Shown: piece by piece, positions 49,205 through 63,367 of the stretch
Layout of the letters: every line of letters starts with the position of its first letter
Position numbering within the stretch: the stretch's first letter is position 1
Origin: Octopus vulgaris
Lineage: Eukaryota
Length of the DNA stretch: 64,000 bases
Direction of reading: 5' to 3'
NCBI GenBank assembly: GCA_951406725.2
Contig: OX597830.1
Span: 62,992,001-63,056,000, forward strand
Notes under the pieces: generated by a model
Told to the model about the DNA's origin: nothing
Seen by the model: the letters and a program-made list of their open reading frames with translations, nothing else
Databases searched by the model: none
Position numbers and translations under genes: made by a program

Positions 49205-49621
49205 ATTCTTTTATTCTTTTACTTGTTTCAAGTCATTTGACTGCAGCCAGGCTAGAGCTCTGCCTTTAGTCAAACAAATCGACCCCAGGACTTATTCTTT
49301 GTAAGCCTAATACTTATTCTATCGGTCTGTTTTGCCGAACCGCTAACTTATTAGGACGTAAACACACCAGCATCGGTTGTCAAGTGATGGTGGGGAGACA
49401 AACAGAGACACACAAATACACACATACATATAAATATATAAGGCAGATAAAATCCTAAGTAAATCTACCCCCACCCATACCTAATATTCAATTGCAATAT
49501 TGCCATGCAATAGTAAGCACTTGGCTATAAATACTTAGGTACACATCCAGTAGTATATTGGATATTTAATATCCTTTAAATGGTTGCTTAACCTCTAACT
49601 CATACAGACAGATATATGTAC

Positions 49622-49674
<53 letters not shown>

Positions 49675-49860
49675 CATATATATATACATATATATATATA
49701 CACATGACAGGCTTCTTTCAGTTTCCGTCTACGAAATCCACTCACAAGGCTTAGGTCGTCCTGAGGCTACAGTAGAAAACACTTGCCCAAGGTGACATGC
49801 AGTGGAACTGAACCTGGAACCATGTGGTTGGGAAGCAAGCTTCTTACTACACAGCCTCTC
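49205..49860 (-). mobile_element. tRNA-derived SINE family 1, antisense, interrupted in its microsatellite
   Basis: Reverse complement of the tail (49205-49420) and head (49705-49860) with ~280 bp of other sequence between. Confidence 0.75.
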
Positions 49861-51005
49861 CTGCACACACACACACACACATACATATATATATTTGTTT
49901 ATTTATCTATATTGTGTACTTCCAAGCAAGCTAATATTTTTCTATGACTGGACATATTTTCATGAAAGACTGGAAGCAAACAACACTGCTGGTATGACAG
50001 TGACACTTGTCTACAGCCATCATTTAATGTCAAGACAACAGGACGAACACACACATGCACAAATATGTATGTACATACAATAGGCTTCTTTCAGTTTCCA
50101 TCTACTATAGACCCTGGCTGGCTTGGGGCTAGAGCAGAAGACACTTGCCCAAAGTGTGGTACAGTGAGTTTGAACCTGAACTCATGTAATTGAGAAGCAA
50201 ACTTCTTCACCACACAGCCATTCTTGTACCTGGTTACGATCAACAAGATTATGATCAAATTTAGCTTACTTACTTATGACAGCCCATCAAAGGTGGTGAC
50301 AGTATTCAGCCGAGACATTCGCCCTCCTCCACCGCCAGCACATTCTTTTGTCATGGGGCCACATGTGGTTGGCAAGACTGATACAAGATAGGCAGATCCT
50401 GTGGTACTAAGGGCACTGAAAGTGACTCCAGAACAACATCTGTAGAGGGTTGATGATAATGTCTTCTCGCCTCTTCACACAGTCTCCTGTGTTCAGCTCT
50501 GACATCATACACAGACCTCCATGCTTTCCAATTAACAGCCAGGGGCTCCAAACGATAATATTACAGTGATTAAAAACTGAAGGTGTAACAATATTTTTTA
50601 TAAATGTTATACAGGTATGTATGGTTTAAGGGGAAATACCTCTTAAGGAGATTAAAAAAGATTTATTTATCTATCCACTCACTTGTGCAGATAGAGTTGA
50701 TTCATAGACCTTTCAGCATAGCTAACCATCAATGGCCAATCAGCCTTACTGATTGATAGAGGGTGGGTGGGGTGGAGGGCCCAGAGTATATTGAGCCCAG
50801 TATTTGATTTTGCAAATGGAAAAAGGACACATACAATCAATTTGATGGGATTTCAACTCAGACAATTGAAGGATGTAAATAAATAATGCAAAGAATTCTT
50901 TGATATTGCCATGTTTCTGTCAAACCACTGACTTTATATACATATACATATATATTTGCTATATATATATATATCTTCCCTTCTCGGGATCTTTCCTTCT
51001 CCTAT

Positions 51006-51040
51006 GTTTCCGACGAAGAGCTCCGCTCGAAACATTAAAC
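51006..51040 (+). ncRNA. Minimal hammerhead-like motif
   Basis: GUUU-CCGACGA-A-GAGC(ucc)GCUC-GAAAC-AUU-AAAC; same architecture as the 30146 motif, and both are followed a few nt later by ttcctgagcgt. Confidence 0.6.
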
Positions 51041-51185
51041 CCTCCTTCTTTCCTGAGCGTCCAATAATACTTTATTTGTTCCACGTCCTCGCGTTGCTGT
51101 GTTTTTTTTTTTGTTTTTTGTTTTTTTGTGTTTTCTTGTTTGGATTAACTTTATATATATATACACATACACACACACATATATA

Positions 51186-52452
51186 TTGGGTCAGCCCATA
51201 AATAATGCAGCTTTTTTATACTTCTTTTATTTTTCAAAATTAAGATAAACAAAGTTCTTTTTAATCTAAAATACACTCTCCTTCATTCTCTACAATGCTC
51301 TTCCATCTATCTGGTATACTTGCAAGATCCCTCTTCCAAAATTCTCTCATCCATAATGAAAAATATTCCTCCAGTTCTGTTCTAACCTCATCTACAGAAT
51401 TCATACTTTTTATGTCCAAATGGTTTTGAAGACTGCAGAATACAAGATAATCAGATGGGACAATGTCCAGTGAATATGGTGTTGTTTCTCATTCAAACTG
51501 CTCCAGCGTTTGGAATGTCATCCTCGTTGCATGTAGCTGAGCCTTATCCTGATGGAAGAACGCCTTTTGTCTTGAAATCAAAGATGGTCGTTTTCCTTCT
51601 GGCACTGACTTAAGCCACTCACTCTGCTCACAGTAGATCTCCTTTGTTTTTGTTTGGTTTGGGTTTAAAAGTCCTTTCATATCCCACCAAACAGATAACA
51701 ACACCTTATGTCAGTGCAGACCTTCTTTAGCATGAGGTGCTGGTGTTTCTCGTTTCCCTACCCACTGTCTTCAGCACTTGACATTTTTATAGGGAACCCA
51801 TTTCTCCTCATCAGTCACATTTGATCCAAAAAAGGTTCATTCGTGAGACGTGACAGCAAAAAAGAGCACACATTCACTCTCTGCACAGGATTAGACTCGG
51901 AAAGTTTGTGACAAAACCATTGACCCAATTTTCTGACTTATCCGATGGCACGCAGGTATTGATTTTTTATTGTTGAACGACCAAATTCAAGCTTCTCTGC
52001 TAGTTCCTCAACAGTTACAATAGGAGTTTGCTCCACCAGGGCTTGCAGGACATCCTTCTCAAGCTCTATAGATCTTCCTGGACAAGGCTCATCTTTTAGG
52101 CTGTAGTTTCCAGCTTGGAATTTCTGGAATCACTGTTGACACTGGTTTACGCTTATTGTTTAATCCAGACATACTGCATTAATATTCCTCAAACTTTCCG
52201 TTCTATCGTTGCCTTTATTGAACTCATAAAGCAAAATATGCCAAATATGCTCCTTTGTTACTTCCATTATAGCTTTCAAAAAAAATAACTGTTAAAATCG
52301 AACTGCACTGTTCAAAATTTGCACTAAGAATAAGAACAAGGTAAAATTCCTACCTGCCTTTATAGCAAGATGATGCAGGTTGTTTATCCCATCCCCCTCT
52401 GATTTTTTGGTCATGCAATTGAAAGAATCACATTATTTATGAGATAACCCAA
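51186..52452 (-). mobile_element. Near full-length degenerate mariner transposon
   Basis: TA-flanked TIRs ttgggtcagcccataaataatg / cattatttatgagataacccaa, 1267 bp; minus-strand transposase MEVTKEHIWHILLYEFNKG...LLSVWWDMKG...FFHQDKAQLH with stops and frameshifts. Confidence 0.92.
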
Positions 52453-52481
52453 TATATATATATATATCAATACACACACAC

Positions 52482-52519
<38 letters not shown>

Positions 52520-52652
52520 TAGACTGGAATTTGGTACAGCCCTGATCAAACCATCCAACCCATGTCAATATGGACAATGAATGTTAAATGATGTTGATGA
52601 TGATACATGTGTATACACACACACACAAGCATACATATATGTATTTTTAAAT

Positions 52653-52925
52653 CTTTAACCTGTTTCAGCTCCAAAGCTGCGGCCATGCTGGGGCACCACA
52701 TTTGGCTGTGCTACACCTTCATTATTTGAAACCTCCTCTGATGTGTGGGATTTGGTGAATGAGGGGGTTTGATGCTGCTGCCCTCATCTGGGTTTCCTGC
52801 TACAAGATAGGTTCATCTGGAACCCTTGACAGGAGGAGATCCAGCTTATCTCTTGCTTTGAAAGTTCGGAGGATCCATCCAGTTAGCCATCTGCATTTTT
52901 TTACCAAATTGGTAATATGCACTTG
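52653..52925 (-). mobile_element. CR1-type LINE 3' fragment with internal deletion
   Basis: Near-identical inverted copy of 46345-46538, joined directly to an upstream RT-domain segment (WLTGWILRTFKARD|KLDLLLSRVPDEP). Confidence 0.8.
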
Positions 52926-54447
52926 AAAAGATATATATATATATTTCTTTATTGCCCACAAGGGGCTAAATATAGAGGGGACAAACAAGGACAGACAAAG
53001 GGATTAGGTCGATTACATCGACCCCCAGTGCGAAACTGGTACTTAATTTATCGACCCTGAAAGGATGAAAGGCAAAGCTGACCTTGGCGGAATTTGAACT
53101 CAGAATGTAACAACAGACGAAATACTGCTAAGCATTTCACCTGGCACGCTAACATGTCTGCCAGCTCACCGCCTATATATATATACTCACACACACACAC
53201 ACACATATCCATGCACACAACACAAAAAGAGAGGGAGATACATACACTCACACCACAGAGAAGAAAAGGGATACACAGACACACACCAATTATTTTAGGC
53301 CTTCTGAAGACATATGGAGATTGGCCAGGGGAACTGGGTGTTCCATGAAACCTTGTTTCGATGTCATTAACATTATTTTCCTTATCCTGTTGGGATTATC
53401 CAATCTGTTGCTGACCAGTTGTGATTATTGTTAGAAGTTGAAGCGTTAAGGAGAGGTGGGGAATATACACTAGCTATAGTGATGATGATGATGATGTGTG
53501 TGTGTGTGAATGATGACGATGAGGAGGAAGAGGAGGATAGTGGTGGTGGTTGTGGCGATAGGGACTGTGACAATGATGACGACGATGGCAGTGGTGGTGG
53601 TATTAGTGGTAACTATTCAACCCTAATTTTTAGGTAAATAGTGGTATGGCAATGGTAATGATTGAGGGGAAGGAGGAGGAGTAGGTGGTGGTGGTGGTAG
53701 CAGCAGCTCTGTCCCATCCTCGCTGCATCCCCACCCCACCCCCATCACCCGCCATTTTTATAATCTGAGTAATGACCCAATAAAGAGTAACGACCTAATT
53801 TAAAATTTGAATCAGGTCAACAAACAATCCTACTAATTATCACATTTCAATTAATTAATTAATTACTATTATGTCCTGTTTTTATTTAAAAGTTTATTTG
53901 TATAGTTTGGTTATTATTGCATTTAATATATTAGTAACCATAACAACAAGTGCTGTCATTAATATTGTTGTTATTGCTGTTGTTGTTTAACCCCAGGTCA
54001 GCCTAATCAAGTCGATCTATGAACAAACACATTCTACCCATGGCTTTCCTGCTTTGTTCCAATTTGCAAGGAACCAAAGATCACAGTGCCCAATATGTCC
54101 TGCCCTCCATCGGTCACTTGTCACATTCTCAACATCTTGTTTTTCTGAGAATTGACATGATTGACCCTTTGGCATTCAGATCACTCTGCCAAATTTAATA
54201 TTTATTATTTTGCATTGTTTTGAATTAATCCTGCATTATCTTATGGTTTTAAGATTTCAATGAAGTGATTGAATATTTTTAGAATTACATTGTAGAGTAG
54301 GTGTAAGAGGCTGGATCTGGCCAGTTTGACCAGAAAACAAGTAAAATACTTGGGCTGGTTTGTATGCGAAAGGGTTTAATCAAACTGTCCTTCCCCGCCC
54401 CACTTGCACTTCTTTTTAATTAACTTTAAAAAAACTTAGCCAACCCA

Positions 54448-54856
54448 GGCGCAGGAGTGGCTGTGTGGTAAGTAGCTTGCTAACCAACGACATGGTTCTG
54501 GGTTCAGTCCCACTGCGTGGCATCTTGGGCGAGTGTCTTCTGCTATAGCCCCGGGCCAACCAATGCCTTGTGAGTGGATTTGGTAGACGGAAACTGAAAG
54601 AAGCCCGTCGTATATATGTATATATATATATGTGTGTGTGTTTGTGTGTCTGTGTTTGTTCCCCTAGCATTGCTTGACAACCGATGCTGGTGTGTTTACA
54701 TCCCCGTCACTTAGCGGTTCGGCAAAAAGAGACCGATAGAATAAGTACTGGGCCTACAAAAAGAATAAGTCCTGGGGTCGAGTTGCTCGACTAAAGGCAG
54801 TGCTCCAGCATGGCCGCAGTCAAATGACTGAAACAAGTAAAAGAGTAAAAGAGTAA
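54448..54856 (+). mobile_element. tRNA-derived SINE, family 1, full length
   Basis: ggcgcaggagtggctgtgtggtaag head through (gtaaaaga)n tail. Confidence 0.92.
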
Positions 54857-55662
54857 CCCTTCTGTACTCACCCAGGCTTGTAAAAGGATGGAACTGAATA
54901 CCACTAGGCATTTTCTATGGTATTCTATCAATCCATTTGAGCATATAACAGGAAGAATATTTCAGTTTGCATGCTAAAGGGTTGTTTCAATGTTTAGCTT
55001 CTGACTCAGTCAAAACCCACAAGATTATCCACCCTCTTTCCAACAACTTTGACCCATTTTTGAATTCAGTATCTCTACCACCTGTAGGCATGCTTATAAA
55101 ATAAAAAACAGCAGAGTATCCATGATATTCAGAATAGTGAAAACATGGAATAAAGTATCCACTTTAATTGCTAGCTGGCAGGACACTGGATCCTTCAAAC
55201 ATTCCAGGCTCCCTAAAATTCACCAACACTATTCCTGTAATTAGATATGACCTGGCCACCCTTATAGTTAATCAGGTTGTCCACAAGGGAGCCATACCCG
55301 ACAACTGGTGTAGCAGCATTATTTTGTAAAGAGCCCCTTTGGTCATGAATAACCATGGGATAGCACCTAGAGAGTTCCCCTCTGAGGCACAAGTCCAGGC
55401 AAGGTTGTTTGTGGAAGACCAGCAATGAACCATGCATACCAGTCCTTTTTCTCCACACCACCGATGTTATTGTCCGAGCAAAAGACAAAGGCTGATGTGG
55501 CGTGGCACTACTGATGTCAAAACTCATTTCTGCAGCTGAGTGAACTGGAGCAATGTGAAAATAAAGTGTCTTGCTCAAGAACACAACATGCAGCCTGGTG
55601 CAGGAAGCGAACTCACACACACACACCACACATGTATATATGCGTATGTATATGTATATGTA

Positions 55663-55718
<56 letters not shown>

Positions 55719-55777
55719 TATATGTATGTATATATATATATTTATAAGAGAGCAAAAAACTCCTGCACACAAATATG

Positions 55778-55848
55778 TGTGCAGTAGTATAGTGTAAGTA
55801 TCCCCACCTGTCATGCAGGAGACTGGGGTTTGATTCCCTGACGAGGAG
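55778..55848 (+). pseudogene. tRNA-Asp(GTC)-derived pseudogene / SINE head
   Basis: tagtatagtgtaagtatccccacctGTCatgcaggagactggggtttgattccctgacgaggag is colinear with eukaryotic tRNA-Asp; 5' acceptor strand, D loop and T loop are mutated. Confidence 0.8.
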
Positions 55849-55926
55849 GCACATACTTTCACTGGTGATGCCTCAGCATGGCCACAGCCTTGGGGCTGAA
55901 ACATAAGAGAACAAAAGAATACATAC

Positions 55927-55960
<34 letters not shown>

Positions 55961-56421
55961 GGATATATGCATGCATAGATATCGTTATATGTGTATGTAT
56001 ACATACATACATACATATATATATATATCTTTATATATGTATGCTTGTAGGTATGTGCGGACATATGCATGTATCTGCGTGTTTGTATAGGATAAATAAT
56101 AGAGCAGAGAAGAGAGAGATGGAAGGAGAGGAGGATGGGAGGGAGAGAGAAAGAGAGGTGGGGGGATGAATGAAAGAGGGGAGAGAGAGAGAAAGAGAGA
56201 GAGCAGAGATCATCTGCTGTACCTGGCTATGCCTAAGGCCTGACTAAACAAAGAGCCTATTTTCAGGTGTCAATGAAGACATTATTATGAAGATACATCG
56301 TAGCTGACTCTTAATTGGCTGAAATATTTAATTCATTTCACCTACTTAATGATGACACCTTTCTCAGACAAACTTCAGTATTATATATTTATATCTAACT
56401 CTCTGTCTGTCTGCCTGCAAG

Positions 56422-56469
<48 letters not shown>

Positions 56470-56592
56470 TCTCTCTCACTCTCTCTGTCTAGCTGTCTAT
56501 ATTTAGGTTATATATCTTGGGTGAATAATAAAACCTGGCAAAGGACAGATAAATGCAGGACAGTCAACAACCATGTGCTATCATATATATAT

Positions 56593-56624
<32 letters not shown>

Positions 56625-56627
<3 letters not shown>

Positions 56628-56780
56628 CATCATCATTCATCATTGTTCGACCGTGGTCGAGACAATGGAATTTACTATGCTACGCCAGACTTCACGGTCC
56701 ATCATGGCATTACGGTGGTCCTGTTGCTGGATGCCTGTATCCCTGGAGATTACATCAGGATAGGAGAGTGTGCGCCCTCT

Positions 56781-56782
<2 letters not shown>
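56625..56782 (-). mobile_element. Short 3' fragment of an RTE-like LINE
   Basis: [16 protein letters not shown]...[12 protein letters not shown] followed by a (TGA)n tail. Confidence 0.65.
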
Positions 56783-56833
<51 letters not shown>

Positions 56834-56834
56834 G

Positions 56835-56905
<71 letters not shown>

Positions 56906-59440
56906 TCATCATCGTTTAGCGTCCGTTTTCCATGCTAGCATGGGTTGGACGAGCTAGCATGGGTTGGAATATATATATGCATGTTTATGATACATGCAGA
57001 GACTGGTTTTACAACAGATCCCGTGAAAGTAACTCAAATGTCATCAATGTCCGGTTTTTGGAGGCTGAAATACAATATCCAATACGATCAATGTTACCCT
57101 TTACTTCAGAGCACAGTGAGGATATAGAGATGACCCTTGTCATATCTTTGCATCCTTAATACAGCTCCTGTTCACTTAACTGCCTTACCAGTGGCCGAGA
57201 AGCCAGGAACGACAAAATGTGAGGCTAGTTGTTCAGTGCTGCCCTTATTTGCCATAATCTAAATTCTGCTCAGGCTGGGACTTGAGGAATAGGAATTACA
57301 AGACAAGTCCCAGTTTGCGTTGAATTGCACTGAACAACCAGCCCCATTCTTTCCCCTCTCTGACTTCTCATGTGTCCTCTCTTCTTCATGACAACTCTTC
57401 CTGATCCCCTTTTATCATACCTCAACCTCTCGACTCTTCGCACAAAACCACTTTCCTTGATACTGTACCCCAACTCAATCAAGAGTGGGCAGGGGTCTTG
57501 TCTTGCCGGTTACTTGATGACCTGACTAAAAAAAAACAGTACAGAGTGTATGCCATAAAGGGATTTGGCTTTAGAAAAGGCATCCATCAATAGAAACCTT
57601 GCCAAACCTAACATTGGAGCTCAATACAGTCCTCTGGCTCACTGGATCCTGTGAGACTATCCAACCCATGCCTGCACAGAATATGGTCATTAATTGGTGA
57701 TGATGATAGTGATGATGATGAAGATGATGTCTGTATGTATGTATAAAAATATATGTATAAAATTCAAAACAGATCAAAAAATGAAATGATGGTGAGATGT
57801 CTGTATGTCATTTGAGTCAAGGGACCAAAACTTGGAAAATTACTATTTGTAAATTTCACAATAAGAGATATTCAGCAACAGTACTTTGGAGTACCTTGTT
57901 TGAAAATATTAGGACATAGACCATGTTGTATAGCCAGCTGGAGATGATGTCTCCTGGGGCTAAATTACAGCAACATTCATCCTAAACCAGGACTGCCATG
58001 TTATGTTGGCAAATAATCTTTACTGCAGAACAAAGCTTGTACAAAACTTTTGCTACTTTCTTGGTCTCCATTGTAGAGTCCATTGACAAACATGGTATGA
58101 TGACTGGTAACTATTTCTGGCTGCAAGTTTTCTGTCAGACTGTCTTTCTTATAGAAGAGCTGCTTTCCACAGCTTTGGCAAAAATAACTAAAGCATGCAT
58201 ATATACAAACATATATACATACTTATATACATACATGCATACACACACGCATACACATACATACATACACACATACATACATACATACATACATACATAC
58301 TTACATACATACATACATCTCCTTGAGAACTACATTAAGGGTACATGTGTTTGTGGAATGCTCAGCCCCTTGTACGTTAATTTCACGAGCCAGCTGTTCC
58401 GTTGATCGTATCAGCTGGGACCCTCGTCATCGCAACCGACAGAGTGCTCCTACTATTACTACTGTGAAGGTACAATGGTCCAATGGTTAGGGCAGTGGAC
58501 TTGTGGTCGTAGGATTGCAGTTTCAATTCCCAGACCAGGCGTTGTTAGTATTTATTGAGTGAAAACACTTAAAGCTCCACGAGGCTCTGGCAGCGGGGTA
58601 GTGGTGAAGCCTGCTGTACTCTTTCACCACAACTTTCTCTCGCTCTTTCTTTCAGTTTCTGTTGTACCTGTATTTCAAAGGACCAGCCTTGTCACATGCA
58701 GTGTCACGCTGAATCTCACCAAGAACTACATTAAGGGTACATGTATCTGTGGAGTGTTCAGCCATGGAGTGTGACAAGGCTGACCCTTTGAAATACAGGT
58801 ACTACTCATTTTTGTCAGCTGAGTGGACTGGAGCAACGTGAAATAAAGTGTCTTGCTCAAGGACACAATGTGCCGCTGGGAATTGAACTCACTACCTTAC
58901 GATCATGAGCCGAATGCCCCTAACCACTAAGCCATGCAACTTTACAAGTGATAGCAGTTGTAATAGAAAACACACACCCAATATGCCACACAGAGGAATG
59001 GAACCCAAATCCATAGAGTTATGAAGCAAAGTAGTTAACCACCCAGCCACGCCAGAACTTTACATAACTTCAGCTATTTATAACCAAAACAGATCTTTGT
59101 CGGATTCCTCAGAGTCTGTTGGACTTTAGTCTTTTGCAAAACAATATGGTTTAGCATCAAGTCAGCATCGAGTTTATTTGTTAGCAGAAGGGCAGAGCCT
59201 TCATTGTTAGATATAATGGTGTCACCTTTTGCAGCCGCCAGATTATTGGATTATCAAACCGGCGGCACATATATTATTTCGGTCAGCTGAGTTTTATGTA
59301 AACAGGTTGTTTGGTTTATGGTGTTCAGTGAAATGAAATAGCAGTGGGTGTGTGTGAGGGGTGGAGTTGCTTCTTGCAATCTTCATTGTCGTCATCGCTA
59401 CCACCATCACCACCATTACCATCATCATCATCATCCTTAT

Positions 59441-59473
<33 letters not shown>

Positions 59474-59562
59474 TAGCAGCATTGATGTAATCACTGCAAT
59501 TTATCATTAATGTCAACGCAACCACTTTCACCATCACCTTCCCTATCACTACCACCACTGTC

Positions 59563-59597
<35 letters not shown>

Positions 59598-59629
59598 TAC
59601 AATCGGCACCATAAGATCATTATTCTCAC

Positions 59630-59860
59630 CGCTATCATCATCATCATCATCATCATTACCATCACCACCACCACCAACACTGCCATTGCCCCCACTATCA
59701 TCATCATCATCTTCATCATCATCATTACCATCACCACCACCACCAACACTGCCATTGCCCCCACTATCATCATCATCATCATCATCATCATCATTACCAT
59801 CACCACCACCACCAACACTGCCATTGCCCCCACTATCATCATCATCATCTTCATCATCTT
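59630..59860. repeat. 69-bp minisatellite (3 copies) within an (ATC/ACC)n low-complexity tract
   Basis: attaccatcaccaccaccaccaacactgccattgcccccactatc at 59655, 59724 and 59793. Confidence 0.9.
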
Positions 59861-60286
59861 CATCATCATCACCACCACCACCACCACTAGTTACAGGATA
59901 ATTACTGTCGGCTTCTATATAAATATAGAAAGGAAAATAACAGTAAATCTATGTAAAACAGTTAAAATGCCTGAAACCTTAAATTGACCATGACTACAAT
60001 GCAACCCCTTTGTCCCCTAAATGGGATGTCATTCCATTGTAGATTTAACCCCTAGCTGTTCTTGGTATGCATTTTCTGTTCAATGGACTGGCACAACATA
60101 AAATATAGAACTGTATAAAATGAAGTGTTTTGCTCAAGAAAGCAATGTTGCTTGGTACAGGAATTGAAATCATAACCTTATAATCACAAGTTCAACACCC
60201 TTACCACTAGGCCATGCTGTAGATACAGCTTGCTATTCTGTAATTCCCTTTCTCTGGAGTTTATACACACACACACACACACACAC

Positions 60287-60327
<41 letters not shown>

Positions 60328-60343
60328 ATGTATATAATGTATA

Positions 60344-60510
60344 GGTGCAGGAGTGGCTGTGTGGTAAGTAACTTGCTTCCCAACCACATGGTTCCGGGTT
60401 CAGTCCCACTGCATGGCACCTTGGGCAAGTGTCTTCTACTATAGCCTCAGGCTGAACAAAGCCTTGTGAGTTGATTTGGTAGACGGAAACTGAAAGAAGC
60501 CCGTCGTATG

Positions 60511-60543
<33 letters not shown>

Positions 60544-61230
60544 ACGTGTGTGTGTATGTATGCATGCATGTATGTGTTTGTGTGTCTGTGTTTGCCCCTC
60601 CACTGTCGCTTGACAACCGATGTTGGTGTGTTTATGTCTCCGTAACTTAGTAGTTTGGCAAAAGAGACCAATAGAATAAGTACTAGGCTTACAAAGAAAA
60701 GTCCTGGGGTTGATTTGATCAACTAAAGGCGGTGCTCCAGCATGGCCACAGTCAAATGACTGAAACAATGAAAAGTATATTGCATGTGTGTGTGTGTGTG
60801 TGCATGTGGAGGCATGCCTTTGTATCAGTGTAGGCATGGCTGTGTGGTAAGCTGTTTGCTTCCCAACCACATGGATCCAAGTTCAGTTTCATTGTATGAC
60901 ACCTTGGGTAGTTGTCTACTGTTGTATCCTTGGTCCAACGAAAGCCTTGTGGGTGGATTTGGTAGGCAGAAACTGAAAGAAGCCTATTGTATATAAATAT
61001 GCATGTATGTATGTGAGAGAGAGAGTCTTTGCGTTTGTGTGTGAGAGTCTTTGCGTTTGTGTTTGTCCTCCACTACTACACAATTGGAGTTGGTTTGTTT
61101 ACATCTCAGTAACTTAGCAATTCAGCAAAAGAGAGTGATAAAATAAGTACTGGGTCAATACATTTGAAAACTCCTCAATGTGGTGCACCAGCATAGCCAC
61201 AGTCTAATGACTGTAACAAGTAAAAGAATA
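60344..61230 (+). mobile_element. Two tandem family-1 SINE copies (one young, one diverged)
   Basis: Full copy 60344-60775 and degraded copy about 60832-61230. Confidence 0.85.
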
Positions 61231-61744
61231 TCAGAATCTATTCTATGGAAAAGACCTTAAACTGCCTTTGGTGGGGGAGTCCCCAGTTTGGGAAATCCAG
61301 GAGTTTTGAGGAGTGTGGGGTTTCCCCTTAATCACGACTACCCCAAAGTCAGTGCTGTGGTGTCTATTAACAGCCACAGTTATGGTTCAAACTGCAGAAG
61401 ATAGTCCTGTGGCTAAGGCATACAGAACTTAGAGAAGGGATAGCCTCTTAACATTTGTCATACAGGATCGCCAGGATGTGGACATTAACTGGCATTCTGT
61501 TGCAGAATAACGATGAGCATTCCTATTGATCCAATCAGCAGAACAGTCTGCTCATGAAATTAACATACAAGTGGCTGAGTACTCCACAAGGTAATTCAGC
61601 ATGACACAGAATGTGATAAGGCAGGCCCTTTGGAATATAGGTACTGCTCACTTCTGCCATCTGAGTCGACCAGAGTAACATGAAATAAAGTGTCTTGCTT
61701 AGACATAACATGCTACCAGGAATTGAACTCACGATGCTCATCAA

Positions 61745-61972
61745 TCACAGCCAAAGTATACTGTAGCCCACTGGACCAAATGATGCAGAAACTTACAAAA
61801 AAAAAACCTAGATTAGTCAAAGGATCCACTCCTTTTTTATTGCAAAACAACACCAGATCACACATCACAAAAATGACTTTGGCAAAACTACAGGAGTTGG
61901 AGTTGGAAGTTCTCCATCATCCACTATACTCACCTGATCTTGCTTCCACTGTCTACCACTTCTTCCATGAGC
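61745..61972 (+). mobile_element. Mariner transposase fragment inside a SINE
   Basis: LLQNNTRSH...LQELELEVLHHPLYSPDLASTVYHFF matches the mariner HDNARPH and YSPDLAP motifs. Confidence 0.8.
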
Positions 61973-63081
61973 TGAATACCCTAATCACTAAGCCACGTGC
62001 TTTTATGTATGGACATACTGTGACATTATGAACCAGTTCTCCTGCTAAAGGGTCAACAAGGCCTTGTGCTTCAAGGGTAACCTCATGAGAGCAGGAGACT
62101 AGCAGATTAGATTGTAAATAAACAGGCAGAAAGCAATGGGAAGCTACTGCTGTATTTTACCCTGGAAAAATAATTTTTCAGATTTTGGCATGGAGGGCCA
62201 TGGTTGCTAATGCCTGCAGGCATGGCCCAAGAAAAGTGATGTTAGAATCAGCTTTCTCCTAGACTGTTGATTAAGACCGTTGAGCAAATGTTTCCACTTG
62301 TGTTGTGGCACAGTTGTGTGACACTTATGACCAGCTGGTATAACAGGTATGTGGTGGGTTTCTGATGTGAGATGGATATTTCCAAGATGTTTAGGTAGCT
62401 TGAGTGCAAATGTATTTCTCTGTAGCAAAGAGCAATGAGTTCATCCGTCTTTTTTTAAAACACTTTATAACGATATTTCTGTTAAAATACACTGCCTTTG
62501 TCTCAATTAATATTGAAAATAATTAAGAATTTATTAAAATATTACTGTCTTAATTAAACTGTTGTTTGGAATATGAATTAACATGAAATTTTAATGGATG
62601 GTTTTAATTAGATCACTTCAAAATGGAAAGTTTGTACCATGGAACTGACGGCTGTGTTTTGAGAATTGGTGTCAAAAGGATGAAAAAAATTTAATTCTAT
62701 TAATATCAACTCATCCGAGTTCTTTGGTTCCATGGAATAAAATATCCATTTAAAAATAATCTAAATCAAAGTTTCCCTTTAAAATTTCATGTTAATCTAT
62801 GTTCCAAAAATCTGCTAAAAAAGAACAATGCTATTTTAATAAATCAAGTGTTAATACTTGTTGTTTCCTTCCATAACTGAACATTTTAAAAACCTGATGG
62901 TTTCAAAAAAGGTTAAAAATCCTTGTAGTGGAGGAATACAGTCAGTACGCATTTGTCTGTTATCCATGGTTTGTTACCCACGAGCAATTGGGAACGTGTT
63001 TCAAAATACTGGAAGATTTCAACTATGAGCAGAAAGCAACATAACTAAGTACTCAACTAGTTCTGTCCTTCCACTGTTCCC

Positions 63082-63117
<36 letters not shown>

Positions 63118-63323
63118 CGGCTAAAGGCCCAAGGTCTGAAATCTTAGGAGAGGGCAACCAGTTGATTACATCAACCCCAGTGTTCAACTGCTACTTATTT
63201 TGTCAGCCCCACAAGGATGAAAGGCAAAATTGACCTCAGTGGGATTTGAACTAAGAACATGAAGATGGATGAAATGCTGTTAACAATTCTGCCAGCTCAA
63301 TAATAATAATAATAATAATAATG

Positions 63324-63367
<44 letters not shown>

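Noticed and set aside
55778-55848. Functional tRNA-Asp gene
   Set aside because: Acceptor stem broken, D-loop GG and T-loop TTC mutated, and fused to a retroposon tail.
59294-59901. Poly-Met/Val or Pro/Ser-rich ORFs
   Set aside because: Arise from trinucleotide tracts and a 69-bp minisatellite; no splice or homology support.
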